DNA of 64,000 bases, taken from positions 1 to 64,000 of the forward strand of contig JASTWF010000336.1 of the NCBI GenBank assembly GCA_030390025.1, read 5' to 3'. The notes below the pieces were generated by a model. It saw nothing but the letters and a program-made list of their open reading frames with translations. It was not told the DNA's origin and made no database searches. The number at the start of each line of letters is the position of its first letter. The stretch's first letter is position 1. Source of the DNA: Squalus acanthias. Lineage: Eukaryota. Positions 52,198-63,915 of this stretch are shown piece after piece. A program made the position numbers and the translations under genes.

Positions 52198-52269
52198 AGC
52201 AGAGTGGCGCAGCGGAAGCGTGCTGGGCCCATAACCCAGAGGTCGATGGATCGAAACCATCCTCTGCTA
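52198..52269 (+). tRNA. tRNA-iMet: Initiator tRNA-Met (CAT), canonical vertebrate sequence
   Basis: 72-nt match to the conserved vertebrate iMet sequence with a full cloverleaf. Confidence 0.98.
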
Positions 52270-53316
52270 TTTGCATTAATATTTACACCAACGAGAAACA
52301 TTTGTTGCTACCCACAATCACAGCGCACTTATTTTACTTACACCTGCCTGCCTGCAAATAACACAAAAACTTGCAACACAACTTTCAAATCATTTTTATT
52401 CGCACCAACATAAGTTGCAAAAGCTGCAAACACGCAGCCTCGACTTTCCCCTTTCTCTCAACACAGTCCTGCAGCGCCGCCTCTCCACCACCAGATGGTG
52501 CTCTTGACCACAGTGAAATCCCCCACAGGGTCACAGTGAGGAGACGGACAGTGACACAGAACACCTTTACACTACAGGGAACACTTTACACAACAGGGCA
52601 CATCTTTACACAACAGGGTACCTCTTTACACAACAGAAAATACCTTCATACCAGTCTCTCTCTTCCTCTCAGTCTCCGTTTCCCTGTATATCTGTCTCTC
52701 CCTCTGTCTCTCTCGCAGTCTCTCTGTCTTTCCCTCAGTCTCTGTCTCTCCCTCGTGTTATTCAGTCTGTTTCTCTCTCTCTCTCTGGTATCCTCAGTGT
52801 CTTTCTCTGTCCCTCCCTTTGTGTGTCCTAAAAGGCCCTTGCTGGTTTTGTGTGTGTCATTCTGTGTGTGTCCCATTGTGGGTGGTGTAATACTGAGTGT
52901 CCTTGTGACATTGTGCAGCCAGGGTGAGCCTCCCAACACGTGTGTCCGGAACTCTGAGCTATTTGAGTGCAATGCTAGCGCTTTCAATACAGCCTGGAGG
53001 CTGAAATTTGTCTTGCTAACACACAGCTGCATCATAGATGGACAATCAGGGATGTTGTAGGCATTTTTTAACGACCATTTTTACTATTGTTTCTGACTGT
53101 GAACTCATTCTGTGGGAGACACACGAAGTATTTTGTTAATTGTAATTGCATAGACAATGTTTTTGTTATAAAATCCTGTAGCCAGGGTGAGCCTCCCAGC
53201 ACGTGTGTTGCTGTGTGCGGGACTCTGGGTATTTGAGGGCAATGCTATCAATACAGCCTGAATTTGTCTCGCTAACACACAGCACTGACAGGCAGCTGGC
53301 GATAACCATTACTCGT

Positions 53317-53381
53317 AGCAGAGTGGCGCAGCGGAAGCGTGCTGGGCCCAGAGGTCGATGGATCGAAACCATCCTCTGCTA
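53317..53381 (+). pseudogene. tRNA-iMet copy with a 7-nt deletion removing the anticodon loop
   Basis: Identical to 52198-52269 except that CTGGGCCCATAACCCAG is reduced to CTGGGCCCAG. TTTTT at 53392-53396. Confidence 0.92.
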
Positions 53382-53466
53382 TTTACATAAATTTTTGTTA
53401 TAAAATCCTGTTGCAGGGGACCATAAATCAGTTCTGACCTACTAGGGTTATTAAAAGTACCGCTGC

Positions 53467-53538
53467 TGCGATGGCCGGGAATCGAACCCGGGTCAACTGC
53501 TTGGAAGGCAGCTATGCTCACCACTATACCACCATCGC
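53467..53538 (-). tRNA. tRNA-Gly: tRNA-Gly (TCC)
   Basis: GCGATGGTGGTATAGTGGTGAGCATAGCTGCCTTCCAAGCAGTTGACCCGGGTTCGATTCCCGGCCATCGCA, with a minus-strand TTTT terminator at 53453-53456. Confidence 0.97.
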
Positions 53539-53868
53539 TCACACGTTATACCTTTTATATTTACAGACTAACAACTTCTTTCGAATCATAAGCGGGACAA
53601 ATAAGATACTTTGAATTCATTTTAATCAGAATGCAAGCAATATGCTGAGGCACTTTCCCTCCAATTAAAAATGGCCACTGTGAATAGTTATCTCGCTTGG
53701 ACTGAGCCCTCACCCCATTTATGACTTTAAAGTCCTTTATAGTTTAAAAAAATAATTATCCACAAAAATAAATTGAAAATGTGTTTTGTAAATTTTAGAG
53801 AAATGGCATTTGCTGGAAGGCATTAAACTGCGATAGGGTGACCAAAACTGTATCAACAGGAGCCTGGC

Positions 53869-53940
53869 AGCGATGCCGCGAATCGAACCAGATTCAACTC
53901 GCTAGGAAGAGGCAGCTACTGGATAATCACCACACCATCA
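53869..53940 (-). pseudogene. Degenerate tRNA-Gly copy
   Basis: GCGATGCCGCGAATCGAACCAGATTCAACTCGCTAGGAAGAGGCAGCTA..CACCATC aligns by eye with 53467-53538, with many substitutions and indels. Confidence 0.7.
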
Positions 53941-54356
53941 TTGGTATAAGACACTAGGCTAGGCCTCAGCTAGAGTACTGCGTGCACACATTACAGGAAA
54001 GATGTGATTGCACTAGAGAGGGTACAGAGGAGATTTACAAGGATGTTGCCGGGAGTAGAGAATCTTAGCTATGAGGAAAGACTGGATAGGCTGGGTCTGT
54101 TTTCCTTGGAACAGAGGAGGCTGAGGGGAGACCTGATTGAGGTGCATAAAATTATGAGGGGCATAGATAAAGTGGATAGAAAGGGCCTATTTCCCTTAGC
54201 AGAGGGGTCAAAAACCAGGGGGCACAGATTTAAAGTAATTGGTGGAAGGTTTAAAGGGGATTTGAGGGGAAATTTCTTCACCCAGAGGGTTGTGGGGGTC
54301 TGGAACTCACTGCCTGAAAGGGTGGTAGAGGCAGGAACCCTAACCACATTTAAAAA

Positions 54357-54927
54357 TCGCCAGGCAGGATTGTTACCTCCCAGTCGGGGAACACTTCAGC
54401 AGTCAAGGACATTCAGCCTCGGATCTGCAGGTAAGCGTTCTCCAAGGTGGCCTTCGAGACACACGACAACGCAAAATCATCGAGCAGAAACTGATAGCCA
54501 AGTTCCGCACCCATGAGGACGGCCTCAACCGGGATCTTGGTTTCATGTCACGCTACATGACGTAGAGTCATCCAGACTCGAGTCGTCGTTGTCTTGTTCA
54601 CAGATGTGATTTCCAGTTTTAAAAAAAAGTAAAAAGCTTAACTGCAGACTGCAGCATTTGACACGTTGGACCCCCTGTGACCCCACCTCATTGTCTTAGC
54701 TGTATTTTGCTGTGTCTTTGATGTAATGCCTTCCTGACTGATTGTATCTCTGCCGAGGTGGTATGATGGAGGGCAGTCAGAAACACATTGTTCTCTGTCT
54801 ATATATGCTTTGTATCTGATTTGTATTCCCTCACTTTAGCTGACGAAGGAGCAGCGCTCCGAAAGCTCGTGATTTCAAATAAAACTGTTGGACTATAACC
54901 TGGTGTTGTGCGACTTCTCATTTTTGT
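54357..54927 (+). mobile_element. Penelope-like element 3' fragment (GIY-YIG C-terminus plus terminal region) with 13-bp target-site duplication
   Basis: HFSSQGHSASDLQVSVLQGGLRDTRQRKIIEQKLIAKFRTHEDGLNRDLGFMSRY. Flanked by CCACATTTAAAAA at 54344-54356 and 54928-54940. Confidence 0.85.
54831..54872 (+). ncRNA. Minimal type-I hammerhead ribozyme motif (Penelope-associated), stem I damaged
   Basis: CTGACGA (54840-46), A, stem II GGAGC-agc-GCTCC, GAAA (54861-64), palindromic AGCT, then C and GTGA. Confidence 0.7.
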
Positions 54928-55326
54928 CCACATTTAAAAAGTACTTGGATGTGTACTTGGGTTGCTGTAACCTGCAGGGCTACCGACCAAGAGCTGGGAT
55001 TAGGCTGGATAGCTCTTTGTTGGCCGGCGCGGACACGATGGGCCGAAATGGCCTCCTTCCGTGCTGTAACTTTCTATGATTCTATGAAATGTAAAACGTA
55101 AGCTTCTGTATTTACAGATCACACGCCATGGGTCTTTGGAGCTTTAGTCAGGACGAGTAAAACACTTTGCAATCATCTTAATTTGAACGTAAACAAGGTG
55201 TTCAGGTTATTTCTCTCCAATTTAAAATAGTTGCTGATGAAGGGTTATCTTGTTGCACTACTGGCTGGCGGCCAGGAGATGGCACCAAAGTCCAATAGTT
55301 TGGAGTGTGCGGATTGTGTCCACACA

Positions 55327-55472
55327 TTCAGACCGCAATGAGTCTGGAGCTGCCCGGGGAGCTGGCCAAGCACGCCGTGTCGGAAGGGACAATGCCGGTG
55401 GCCATTGCAAACAAATTTCACAACGCACTGAAAAAGCATAAAACAAAGCAACGGCTCTTTTGAGAGGAAAGC
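55327..55472 (+). pseudogene. Histone H2B 3' fragment with decayed stem-loop
   Basis: [22 protein letters not shown] followed by AACGGCTCTTTTGAGAGG. No recognisable 5' half. Confidence 0.85.
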
Positions 55473-55548
55473 ACAGCATTAATTTAATCGAATTATTCAT
55501 TCCGACCATCGTCCTTTTTATAGAATCACAGAACGATTCAGTATTTCA

Positions 55549-55927
55549 GGGGTCCGAGGGGAGACTTGATTGAGGTGTATATGATGGGCCTAGATAGAGT
55601 GGATAGGAAGGACCCATTTCCCTTAGCAGAGGTCAATAACCAGGGGGCGGAGATTTAAAGTAATTGCCGGAATGATTAGAGAAGAGTTGAGAAGAAATTT
55701 TTAAACCCAATGGGTGGTTGGGGGTCTGGAACTCTGCCTGAAAGGCTGGTAGAGGCAGAAACCCTCATCGCATTCAAAAAAGTACTTGGATATGCGGTTG
55801 AAGTGCCGTAAACTGCAAGGCTACGGAACAAGTGTTTGAAAGTGGGATGAGGCTGGATAGATATTTTTTGGCTGACAGACACGATGGGCCGAATGGCCTC
55901 CTTCTGGCGCCGTAAATTTCTATAATC
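55549..55927 (+). mobile_element. Degenerate CR1 LINE 3' fragment
   Basis: GAGGGGAGACTTGATTGAGGTGTATA..GGGCCGAATGGCCTCCTTCT; similar to 54120-55087. Confidence 0.85.
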
Positions 55928-55943
55928 CTAAAAATCCCAGTCA

Positions 55944-56183
<240 letters not shown>

Positions 56184-56547
56184 TCACTCAAATTGTCGCT
56201 GAATGAGAATCTCTCGCCTTACAGCTTTATTTAAAGAGCCTGAGCGGACCTGGCTGAGAAAAGCAGACTGTGCGTGAGGCGGACGGGAGGGAATTTGAAT
56301 GAGAGACAGAGCAGAGAGCGGGAAGGGAGGAGACAGATCCAGAGTGAAAGAGAGAAAGGGCTCTGAGCTTCCAGCAACCTCTCCAAGTTGAAGTTACAAT
56401 CCTCTTTAAAATCTTCACCAAACTTCACACAAATTCAGATAAATCCTGATATTCAAGGATTGATATTCAGCGATTTCTAGAAAAGCAATAGCCGGACAAT
56501 ATAATTAAAATTCATTAAATGTGTCCCGCTGCACTTCAAATCTATTA

Positions 56548-56915
56548 TGGAATCATAGACTGGTGACAGCGCAGTAGGAGGCCATTCGGCCCGTCGAGCC
56601 CGTGCCGGCTCTCTGCGAGATCACTTCAGCTCGTCCCACTCCCCCGCCCTTTCTCCGCAGCCCTGCAATTATTTTCCTTCAGGTTCTTATCCAATTCCGT
56701 TTTGAAAGTTACGATTGAGTCTGCCTCCACCTCGCCGGCAGGCAGTACATTCCAGATCCTAACCACTCGCTGTGTAAAACAGTTTTTCCTCATGTCGCCT
56801 TTGGATCTTCTGCCAATCGCCTTAAATCTGTGTCCTCTGGTTCTCCACCCTTCCGCCAATGGGAACAGTTTCTCTCTATTACACTCTGTCTGGACCCCTC
56901 ATGATTTTAAACATT
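56548..56915 (-). mobile_element. CR1 LINE 3' fragment
   Basis: RTRGHRFKAIGRRSKGDMRKNCFTQRVVRIWNVLP plus the GGGCCGAATGGCC 3' end. Confidence 0.9.
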
Positions 56916-57631
56916 AAACACAATAATTACCATAGCATAATCAACCACAACCCCTACAGAACCATTCAAGGACACTTTTAGTTCCCTGAATCCAGCTGAC
57001 AAGAGGCGCCCAATAGTTCAATGAACTTACACCGGTGTTGAAGGCATCAGATGCCTTTCCCGGGTCTCAAATCTCCCCAAGTCTAACCCGGAGTGCGGCG
57101 TGGCGGCAGAGCCCGTGGAAATCGGACAATAAACAGACAACTTTTGGTCCGGGAAAATGCGCCAAATGCCGATCTGTGCAGCTCTTGACCGGGGACTAGT
57201 CCTACAATGGATGTAACTGGAACTGGGATTCAATGTGGGACTGGACAGATTCAGGGACCGGCTGGCCGGTGACAGGCCCAGTGTGGGTTCAATGAATTTA
57301 ACTGGGATCAGTGGGGGACTGAATAGATTCGGGGATGGGATTGTGTTTGCAACAGTTACACAGAATATTGTGTTTAATTGTTTTCCGCCATCCTGTAGTT
57401 CACTTAGTTTGATCAGTAACGTGGTCGGACCAATTGGTGCTGGGATTCTGCCAATGCTGAATAGATTGGTGTCGCTTTACCTGCTCTTCCTGTACAGACT
57501 GGAACTTGTTTATAACCGGCACACTGAGGGCCATTTCAGATCAGGAAACTCCCACTTCATCAACAGGGATCGAATGTATTTTATCAGATGAGATAATTGT
57601 AATCAATGGATCATTTTCTTCAGACAGTGGA

Positions 57632-57672
57632 CAGCCCTTTCTCAGATAAAGTGGGTGGCTCTGAAAAGAGCC
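57632..57672 (-). terminator. Histone 3' stem-loop and downstream element of H2A
   Basis: GGCTCTTTTCAGAGCC (57657-57672), then ACCCA, then purine-rich AAAGGGCTG. Confidence 0.95.
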
Positions 57673-57702
57673 TTTGGTTTATTAGATTGAATCTTGTCCG
57701 CT

Positions 57703-58260
<558 letters not shown>

Positions 58261-58854
58261 AGACGGCGGAAATAACTGTCCTTCAGTCAGACCGCCAACG
58301 AAATTTAATTTCACAAAGCCCGCCAATATTTTCCGAAACGAGCGAATTAAGTTAATAAATTCACCATTAGCCAAAGAATTCCGAACGATTTTTTTTATTC
58401 CGTTTGTCTTATTCCATCTCTCCCTTGATAATTCAAGGCTGTTACAATCAGGATTAATTTCGGGTTCAATTTCAAACTGTAACAGGCGGGAATCGATCCC
58501 CATTGATTCTGTAACAGGACACATTCCAGCTCAATCTCTGTAAAAGTGAGGTTTCACAGATTATCGATCGATCCTTTGCACAGGCGCTGCTGCGGGAGTG
58601 AAACCAGAACTGGGAGTCCTTCTGAGAAAAAAGAGGGACAGAGTGTTCAAACTGTCCCGGTTCTGGTCTCTGTAAGAAGTCCCATTCTGGGTTGTTACAC
58701 CGCAGGAGGTCTCGGGTTAATAAACGAATTGACTCTCAACAGGCATTAAAAAAAATTGAAAAGGTCTTGAACTACTGGAGCTTCAAACCTTCTCAAACAC
58801 ACTTGTCAAGAAAACAATGACAGTCCATCGATTCTAAACGGAGATGCATTTGTG

Positions 58855-58895
58855 TCGCTCTTTCAAAGAGGTTGTGGGTGGCTCTTAAAAGAGCC
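58855..58895 (-). terminator. Histone 3' stem-loop and downstream element of H2B
   Basis: GGCTCTTTTAAGAGCC (58880-58895), then ACCCA, then AAAGAGCG. Confidence 0.95.
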
Positions 58896-58935
58896 GTTGT
58901 GTTTTGGGTTTGTTGGTTGAGGACAGCGTGGAGTT

Positions 58936-59313
58936 TTACTTGGAGCTGGTGTATTTGGTCACCGCCTTTGTCCCTTCCGACACGGCGTGCTTGGCCAGCT
59001 CCCCGGGCAGCAGCAGGCGCACGGCGGTCTGGATCTCCCGGGAGCTGATGGTGTGCCGCTTGTTGTAATGGGCCAGGCGGGAAGCCTCACCCGCGATGCG
59101 CTCGAAAATATCGTTCACAAACGAGTTCATGATGCTCATGGCCTTGGAGGAGATGCCGGTGTCGGGGTGAACCTGCTTCATCACTTTATAGATGTAGATT
59201 GAGTAACTCTCCTTCCTCGACTTTCTGCGCTTCTTGCCGCCCTTCGCTGCTGGTTTAGTGACGGTTTTCTTAGCGCCCTTCTTGGCAACTGGTTTCTTCT
59301 TTTCATCAACCAT
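58936..59313 (-). CDS. H2B: Replication-dependent histone H2B (125 aa)
   Basis: [69 protein letters not shown]; intronless and followed by a stem-loop. Confidence 0.98.
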   Translation of the reverse strand: MVDEKKKPVAKKGAKKTVTKPAAKGGKKRRKSRKESYSIYIYKVMKQVHPDTGISSKAMSIMNSFVNDIFERIAGEASRLAHYNKRHTISSREIQTAVRLLLPGELAKHAVSEGTKAVTKYTSSK

Positions 59314-59359
59314 TCTCAAACTCGATTTCAGACACAAAATGACGCGAACCCGTCCGTTC

Positions 59360-59500
59360 TCGGCTTAAATAGGCTGCCCCCACAGCCCTATGCTAATGAG
59401 GGATTGGTGAAGGCAATGATATTGATTGGCTGGTTAGGAGTGATGTCAAATTTCCATTTTTTTGCATCTCTCCGATTGGCTTCTTTATGTATCCAATCAG
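59360..59500 (-). promoter_or_regulatory. H2B promoter with octamer variant
   Basis: TATTTAAG (59364-59371), CTCATTAGCAT (octamer-like ATTAGCAT, 59390-59397) and four CCAAT/ATTGG boxes. Confidence 0.8.
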
Positions 59501-59689
59501 ACTTAGTGTTTGCCACCAGCGCGCCCCCTGCAGTCAGAAAAGTCATTCCAAGCGCAGAGAGAGCATCATCTCCCCATTTCCCAGACCATTATCCAGGGTC
59601 CCAAGCACTCCTTGCGGACGAGACAGCAATTTAGATGTACTTCCTCCAACCAGTGCACTATCTTCACACCTTGCGGTGTGGTCTCCGGC

Positions 59690-61995
59690 ACATTAGTTCA
59701 GTATCTGTCAGTCTCCAGTACTGTGTGTGTGGGAATAGTTCTATATCACTCAGTCTCTGGTGATTTATGTCAGTGTGAGAATCATTCTCAATCTCAGTTT
59801 CTGTTACATTCTGAGAGTGTGGGATCCATTCGTTTCCTGTCCGTCACTGGTACCACGTCTCAGGGTGGGATTCCATCTGTATCCGTCAGACTCTGGTACC
59901 GTGTGTCAAGTGTTGGGATTCATCCTGAATCTGTCAGTCTCTGGTACTATATGTTAGTGTCTGATTAGTTCTGAAGCTGTCTGTCTCTGGTACTGTATTT
60001 CAGCGACAGATTCCGCATGAATCTGCTACTCACTCGGTTTATGAATGTGGGATTCATATTGTATCTATCAGTCTCTGGTACTTGATAGTTTGAGATTTTT
60101 CCATCTCTGCTAGTGAGTGTGGGTCTGAATGTATCTGTAAATCAATTGAACTGCATGTAATTGTGTACTCATTCTGTATCTGTCAGGGACTCTGATACTC
60201 TGTGTCAGTGTGAGAAAGATTCTCTGTCTGTCAGTCGATGTTCTGTAGGTGTATGTTAGAGTAATTATATATCTGTCAATCTCTGGTGCTGTATGTGAAA
60301 GTGAGATTCATTCTGTACCAATCAGTCTTTAATGTGGGGTTAATTTTGTCTCTTTCATTTTCTGGTACTGTGTACGAGTGTGTATTAATTCTGTGTCTGT
60401 CACCCTCTGATACTCTGTCATTCTCTCTCTCTGCCAATCTGTGATAATGTGTGTGAAATTGAGATTTATTCTATATCTATCAGTTCCTGGTATGGCATGT
60501 GAGTTTGGGATTTATTCTGTACCTGTCAGTCTCTGATACTATATGTGAGAGTTAATTTAATTCTGTCTCTGTCACTATCTGGAACTGTATGTGAGTGTGA
60601 GATTCATTCTGTGTATCTGTCAGTCTCTGAAACCATATGTGAGCGTGAGATTTATTCTGTATCTGTCAGTCTCTGATAATCTGTGTCAGTGTGGGATTGA
60701 TTCTGTATTAGTCAGTGTCTGATACTCTATGTGACAGTGAGATACATTCTGTATCTGTCAGTCTCTGGTGTTATGTGTGAGATTCAGATTCATTCTGTAT
60801 CAGTCAGTCTTTAATACTCTGTATCAGAGTGGAATTCATTTTGTCTCTCTCATTTTCTGGTACTGTATGTGAGTGTGGGATTTATTCTATGTCTGTCAGG
60901 CCCTGTCACTAAGTTAGTGTGAGATTCATTCTCTGCCTGTCAGTCTATGATTCTGTATGTGAGATTTAGATTAATTCAGTATCTGTCATTCTCTGGTGTT
61001 GTATGTAAGTGTGGGGTTCATTCTGCATCTGTCAGTCTCTGATATTGTATGTGAGAATGAGATGTATTCTATATCAGTCAGTTTCTGGCATGGCATGAGA
61101 ATTTGGGAATCATTCTATATCTGTCAGTCTCTGATATCGTATGTGAGAGTTAGTTTAATTCAGTCTCTGTCACTATCTGGTACTGTATACGAGTGTGGGA
61201 TTCATTCTGTACCTGTCTGTCTCTGATACTTTGTATTAGTGTGAGATTCATTCTCTCTCTGTCAGTCTCTGGTGCTGTATGTGAGAGTTAGATCCAATCT
61301 TCATCTCTCAGACTTTAATACTCTTTGTCAGCGTGTGATTAATTCTGGATTTGTCGGTCTCTGGTACTGTATGTGACAATGAGGTGCGTTCACGTGAGAG
61401 TTAGATTAATTCAGTATCTATCAGTCCCTGGTGTTGTATGTAAGTGTGGGATTCATTCTGTATCTGTCAGTCTCTGATACTGTGTGTGAGAGTTAAATTC
61501 ATTCAGTATCTGTCAGTCTCTGGTAATGTGTGAGAATGAGATTCATTCTGTACGTCAGTCTCTGATACTCTGTGTCGGTGTGTGATTGATTCTGTACTGT
61601 CAGTGTCTGGTACTGTACGTGACAGTAAGGTAGATTTTGTATCTGTCAGTCCTGATACTATGTGTCAGTGTGGGATTCATTTTGTCTCGATGATTTACTA
61701 AGTTAGTGTTACAGTCTACAATTCTGCATGTGAGAGTCACATTAATTCAGTATCCATCAGTCCCTGCTGTTGTATGTAAGTGTGTGATTCATTCTGTATC
61801 TGTCAGTCTCTGATACTGTGTGTGAGAGTTAAATTAATTCAGTATCTGTCAGTCTCTGGTACTGTGTGTAAGTGTGGGAGTCATTCTGTATGTCAGTCTA
61901 TGACACTGTATGTATGAGTGAGATTTATTCTATATCTGTCAGTCTCTTGTGGTCTATCTTAGAATTAGTTTAGTATGTGTCTGTCAGTCTCTAGT
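59690..61995. repeat. Degenerate ~46-bp tandem repeat (GTGTGGGATTCATTCTGTATCTGTCAGTCTCTGGTACTGTATGTGA)
   Basis: TGTCAGTCTC recurs at about 46-bp spacing (e.g. 61465 and 61511). Confidence 0.9.
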
Positions 61996-62822
61996 ATATA
62001 TTAATGATCTAGATGAGGGAACTAGATGTAATATCTCCAAGTTTGCAGATGACACAAAGCTGGGTGGGAGTGTGTGCTGTGAGGAGGATGCAGAGAAACT
62101 CCAGTATGATTTGGACAGGTTGGGTGATTGGGCAGATGCATGGCAGATGCAGTATAATGTGGATAAATGCGAGATTATCCACTTTGGTGGCAAAAACAGG
62201 AAGGCAGATTATTATCTGAACGGCAATAGATTGGGAAAAGGGGAAGTGCCACGAGACCTGGGAGTCCTTGTGCATCAGTCGCTGAAGGTAAGCATGCAGG
62301 TGCAGCAGGCAGTTAAGAAGGCAAATGGTATGTTGGCCTTCATAGCGAGAGGATTCAAGTACAGGAGCAAGGATGTCTTGCTGCAGTTGTACAGGGCCTT
62401 GGTGAGACCACACCTTGAGTATTGTGTGCAGTTTTGGTTGCCTTATCTGAGGAAGGATGTTCTTGCCATGGAGGGAGTGCAGCGAAGATTCACCAGACTG
62501 ATACCTGGGATGGCAGGAATGACGTATGAAGAGAGATTGGGTCGATTGGGCTTGTATTCGCTAGAGTTTAGAAGAATGAGAGGGGATCTCATTGAAACTT
62601 GTAAAATTCTAACAGGACTAGACAGACTAGATACAGGAAGTATGTTCCCAATGGTGGGGGTGTCCAGAACCAGGGGTCACAGTCTAAGGATAAGGGGCAA
62701 GCCATTTAGGACTGAGATGAGGAGGAATTTCTTCACCCAGAGAGTGGTGAACCTGTGGAATTCTCTACCACAGAAGGCAGTTGAGGCCAATTCATTAAAT
62801 ATATTCAAGAAAGAGTTAGAAA
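61996..62822 (+). mobile_element. CR1 LINE ORF2 C-terminal fragment (open frame, 3' UTR missing)
   Basis: [54 protein letters not shown]. Confidence 0.95.
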
Positions 62823-62967
62823 GTAAAACTAAAACTAGTGGGATTTGGTTAGTTTAAAAAGGAATAAGAGGAGTACAGTATACATTGGTCTAAGTAAGCT
62901 TCGGGAAAACAAAAGTCAATAAATAAACTAAAACTAGAAAATTAAAAAGTAATATAAGGGTTAAGTC

Positions 62968-63915
62968 ATGGCAGTAGAGCTCGGACCTGTGTCATGCTCC
63001 TCCTGTAACATGTGGGAAATCAGGGACGCTTCCTGTGTCCCTGACAACCATGTGTGCGGGAAGTGTGTCCAGCTGCAGCTCATGTGGGACCGCATGACGG
63101 CCCTTGAGCTGCGGATGGACTCACTTTGGAGCATCCACGATTCTGAGAGGGTTGTGGATAACACATTTAGTGAGTTGGTCACACCGCAGGTTAAGGCCAG
63201 CGTAGATAGTAAATGGGTGACCAAAAGGCAGAGCAAGGGCAGGAAGGTAGTGCAGAAATCCCCTGGGGTTGTCTCCCTTAGCAACAGGTTCACCGCCTTA
63301 GGTGCTGTTGTCGGGGGGGATGACTCATCGGGGGAAGGCACCAGCAGCCAGGCTCATGGCACCATGACTGGCTCTGTTGCAAAGAAGGGAGGGAAAAAGA
63401 GTGGCAGGGCTATAGTAATAGGGGATTCGATTGTAAGGGGAATAGATAGGGGTTTCTGTGGTCGCGACCGAGACTCCAGGATGGTATGTTGCCTCCCTGG
63501 TGCAAGGGTCAAGGATGTCTCGGCGCGGGTGCAGAACATTCTGGAGGGGGAGGGGGAACAGCCAGTTGTCGTGATACATGTTGGTACCAACGACGTAGCT
63601 AAAAAAAGGGAAGAGGTCCTACAAGTAGAATTTAGGGAGTTAGGAGCCAAGCTAAAAAGTAGGACCTCGAAGGTAGTAATCTCTGGATTACTACCAGTGC
63701 CACGTGCTAGTAAGAGTACAGAGAACAGGATAGTTAGGCTAAATACGTGGCTTGAGCAGTGGTGTAAGAGGGAGGGTTTTAAATTTTTGAGGCATTGGAA
63801 CCAGTTTTGTGGTAGGTGTGACCTATACAAAAGGGACGGTCTACACCTGTGCAAGGATGGAACTGATGTTCTCGGGGTAATTTTTGATAAAGCAGTTCGG
63901 GAGCATTTAAACTAG
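62968..63915 (+). mobile_element. CR1 LINE ORF1 (CxxC..CxxC finger, coiled coil, SGNH/GDSL esterase domain); element continues past the window edge
   Basis: CSSC..CGKC, IGDSIVRG, CCLPGARVKDV, VIHVGTND, DGLHL; 315-aa open frame. Confidence 0.93.

Larger units (their letters stand above)
50829..53030 (+). repeat. ~1.15-kb tandem duplication unit carrying tRNA-iMet
   Basis: Flank, tRNA, downstream block, 20-bp minisatellite and CT-rich block recur. The tRNA starts are 1144 bp apart (51054, 52198). The third iteration breaks off near 53027, just before the tRNA. Confidence 0.92.
53945..55087 (+). mobile_element. CR1 LINE 3' fragment interrupted by a Penelope-like insertion
   Basis: ALERVQRRFTRMLPG..WNSLPERVVEAGTLTTFK, resuming as KKYLDVYL.. 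after 54928, then GGGCCGAAATGGCC and a TTCTATGA tail. Confidence 0.92.

Noticed and set aside
51161..53060. ORFs of 220-285 aa across the tRNA units
   Set aside because: Translations of minisatellite and CT-rich low-complexity DNA.
55233..55250. CTGATGAAGGG as a third hammerhead
   Set aside because: No stem II or GAAA follows.
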